A DNA stretch of 64,000 bases from Octopus bimaculoides (lineage: Eukaryota), in NCBI RefSeq assembly GCF_001194135.2, contig NC_068984.1, positions 92,736,839 through 92,800,838 of the forward strand, read 5' to 3'. Under the pieces are notes generated by a model. It saw only the letters and a program-made list of their open reading frames with translations. It was not told the DNA's origin and did not search any database. Shown one piece after another: positions 61,001 through 64,000 of this stretch. Made by a program: the position numbers and the translations under genes. Within the stretch, counting starts at the first letter, position 1. The number at the start of each line of letters is the position of its first letter.

Positions 61001-62510
61001 AAGAATGGTGTTGAGAGGATTTCACAGCATTCTGGTCGAAAGAGTTCTGGCCCCACCTCTTCACCCGACCTGAATCTGGTGGACTTTGGCATATGGTCTA
61101 TCCTTGAGCGCAAAGCCTATGCACCATTTGTGAAAATGCTGGGACCAAATCTCCAAAGATATTGTTCATACCACTTGCTCTCAAGTTGTTCCCAGTATCC
61201 AGCAGGTAGTTTCCAGATGGTATATTGAAAATTAAATATACCATCTTAATCTGCATTTTCTGAGCTTTATTTGAGCATATTTAAATTCAATATATCATTT
61301 TATATCGAGATGTTATTTGTATAAATATATGTCTACATTTTGTCTGATCACCCTGTATATCAGAGTTAGAAAAGAAATTCCAGACATAGATGCAAAACCT
61401 GAAATCTAAAGACTTTAAAGTTAACTTAACAATGACTAAGCAAGAAAACAGACTGGACCCTACCTACTTTAGGTAAGTGGCCCTGCTCAATTTGTAGGAA
61501 ACATGTAGGCAGGAATTCCATACAGTGTGCCCGGTGCAAGTTATGGACACACAAGGTGCAATGCACAGAAGCCATAAAAACTACAAATATGTGAGAAATT
61601 GAGTTTCTCAAATGCCCCCATGGCTCTTTAGAGGTAATGGATAATTTATGTTACCTAGGGTACCAAATTAGTTGTGGGAGTAGATGTGCAGAAAGTGTAA
61701 TAGCTAGAATAAGAGTAGGACGGAGAAAATTCACAGAGCTTTTGCCCTTGTTGTCAACCAAAGGTCTCCTTCTCCTTGTGAAAGGAATATTATATAATGC
61801 ATATATACAAACAGCAAATCTACATGGTAGTAAGACATGGGCCCTGAATGCAGGGGACATGTGAAGGCTAGAGAGGAATGAGGCTAGTATGCTCTGCTGG
61901 ATGTGCAATGTCAGTGTACAAGTGCGACAGAGGGCTAAAGTGTTGGGAGAAAAGTTAGGCATAAGAGGAATTAGATGTAGTGTGCAAGAGAGAAGACTGC
62001 ACTGGTTTGGTCATGTGATGCACATAGATAAGGACAGTTGCATAAAGAGGTGCTGACCACTCAAAATGGGTGGAGCTCATGGAAAAGAGAGACCCAGAAA
62101 GACATGGGATGAAGTTCTGAAGGATGACATGAGAACACCGAACCTTTTGGAGGAGATGACAAAAGACCAAGACATGCTGTACTCAAGACAACCTGTCGCC
62201 GCAGCAGAAGTGTTAAGACTACTCCCAATGATGAAGAGGATTGGCCTGCAAGAGCCCTGTATCAATACCTCATAAAAACATGTGTGCCAGCACCATGTAG
62301 GAGCACTCATGCTAGTGCCATGTTAAAAGCGCCCAGCACACACTGTATAGTGGTTGGCGTTAAGAAGAGCATCCAACCATAGAAACCAAGCCAAATCAGA
62401 CTGGAACCTGGTGTAGCTCTCCAGCTTGCCGTCTCTGGTCAAACCATCCAACTCATCCAACTCATGCCAGCATGGAAAACAAACGTTAAAGGATGATGGT
62501 GATGATGATA
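58020..62510 (+). mobile_element. RTE LINE, old near-full-length copy split by a maT transposon
   Basis: EN remnants (TVNIGTMKGRSGE, VAGDFNGH, QIDYVL), RT YADELALIADS before 60080, resumes ISELEKKFQT after 61357, (GAT)n-like tail at ~62490-62510. 5' boundary approximate. Confidence 0.88.
60080..61355 (+). mobile_element. maT-family (DD37D) Tc1/mariner transposon, decayed
   Basis: 27-bp TIRs (22/27), TA at 60078-79 and 61356-57; YTDEK, QQDGATFH, WP-SSPDLNLVD with 37 residues between the last two Asp after correcting one frameshift. Confidence 0.88.
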
Positions 62511-62879
62511 TTTTTCTTGTGATTACTTATTTCACTCTTCAACTGTTCATATCATTTTACATTTATTTTCCATATTAACAAGAAATAGATTTATTTTTTC
62601 AATTAAAACATTTGCATAAATATTTGCTGAAAGTAATGAAAGACTTAAGAAATAATTTCTAGTAAGGTAAGGAGGTGGCATATAGAAAATAACATGTTTC
62701 TTTAACAGTACAATACTTTAGGCAGTGTTTTTAATCAATGTAAGGACTAATATGAATTGTCAAAGTTGATCGTTTACAAATTCTGAATTTAATATATAAA
62801 TTATAATATTTTGCCTTTCATTTTATAGATCAACAAAATAAGATCTGGTATTACACTCAAAATAAAGAAGGCATGCTAA

Positions 62880-63560
62880 GAAGTGAATTGGGTATTTAGA
62901 ATCAGAGGAAACTTGTGTAGGACTCTTAGTGATCTGAATAAATGTAGTTACAGAGAAGAAAGTAAAATGTCCTGCTTTCAAGTTTATGTTCTTTATGAAG
63001 AAAAGGAAGAGAGAGCTCTGTGTTTTGTTGTTGAAATGTATCTGGACATAGTGATAGTGTTAATGAAGGCTGAAAGTAGATCAGTCAATTGAACATGTGG
63101 ACAGTAGAAGTTGCTGTGCTGTTCAGTTGAAATGTTGGAAATGTGCAACAGGTATAGTTGGTAACAGTAGAGGTAGTACATCATTCTGTGTGAGTGTGTA
63201 CACATCACTGTGAGTAAGTTGTGTGAGCAGGAGAGCCTAGTTGTGCAAATGTGTGTGTGTGTGGAGGTGGGGAGGTATCTGTTTGTTAGTGGAAATAGTT
63301 CAGAAGATATTTTGTCAGTTGCTGGTGCTTTGGAGAATGGATGTGTACAAAGCTGTCTAGTAGATGGGCGTCTGTGATGTTGGAGTAGTTTGAAGACAGA
63401 GAGATAGGGTGGGAATGGCCTGGAGAGTTGAAATGGTGAGCCACATGATTGGATATTGAGTAGGTGTTCCAGCACAACATTCTTGCTCACTAACCAACTG
63501 GGGTAGCAAGGTCTTTGTATGTTGAGATGGTTGCTAAAAATGTAAACTCAGTAACCTGCA
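62880..63560 (-). mobile_element. Penelope-like GIY-YIG C-terminal remnant
   Basis: HVAHHFNSPGHS motif on the minus strand followed by a C/A-rich tail similar in style to 22700-22950. Confidence 0.5.
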
Positions 63561-64000
63561 AGTGGCAAAGTCAGCCTTGGCATAAAGCAGTAGTTCTCAA
63601 TGTTTTAATCATAGTTTTAACTCTGAAGGGAATGTAAAAAAATTAGCAACATATTTGTTATATCAGTAAGCCATGGATATAAGGGCCATAACACAATGCT
63701 TACTGCAAACAAAAACAGAAGAATATTTGCTCAAGAATGTATCAATCATTAATTTGAATAATTTTTTTTTTTGTTGTTCAAAATAACTTTTAATTCAAAT
63801 ATAAAATAAAAAGGTACTAGGATTATTGATTTTCCAGAATGAGTCACAATGCTAAAGGTTTGGAACTGTTGGCATAAAAAGATATTTTTATTTGACATAC
63901 CAGTTTTGTTCCTTTCTTTATATAATCATAATTTCTCTCTCTCTCTCTCTTACTCACACACACACACACACACGCACATGCATTGGCTTCTGTATACTTT

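Noticed and set aside
62829-62890. Possible OSTF1 exon 6 after tttcattttatag
   Set aside because: No frame gives the expected NKLGDTxLH ankyrin continuation and the phase-0 frame stops after 16 codons.

Overview
AT-rich, microsatellite- and gap-rich eukaryotic genomic DNA. The repeat content (RTE LINEs with (GAT)n tails, tRNA-headed SINEs with a central (TG/TA)n tract) suggests an octopus or other coleoid cephalopod; this is inference, not a database result. The only host gene I can support is an OSTF1 (osteoclast-stimulating factor 1; Pro-rich-SH3-ankyrin) orthologue on the + strand. Five coding exons (12961-13012, 31856-31902, 42744-42858, 53941-54032, 56918-57037; 426 nt, 142 aa) splice in frame with GT-AG junctions, and the 3' exons lie beyond the window. 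Most of the rest is decayed, often nested mobile DNA: an LTR retrotransposon inside a split hAT transposon, several Penelope-like elements (PLEs), RTE and CR1-type LINEs, SINEs, Helitrons, pogo, mariner (DD34D) and maT (DD37D) transposons, and MITE/foldback elements. The most notable unannotated signal is a set of type I hammerhead ribozyme motifs. One sits in a ~352-bp non-coding tandem unit that looks like a retrozyme (copies at ~7.7-8.0 kb and 55.9-56.4 kb). Another pair forms a ~320-bp palindrome in OSTF1 intron 2. Transposon boundaries are approximate unless TIR/TSD coordinates are stated. All structures were read by eye; no folding or database search was run.
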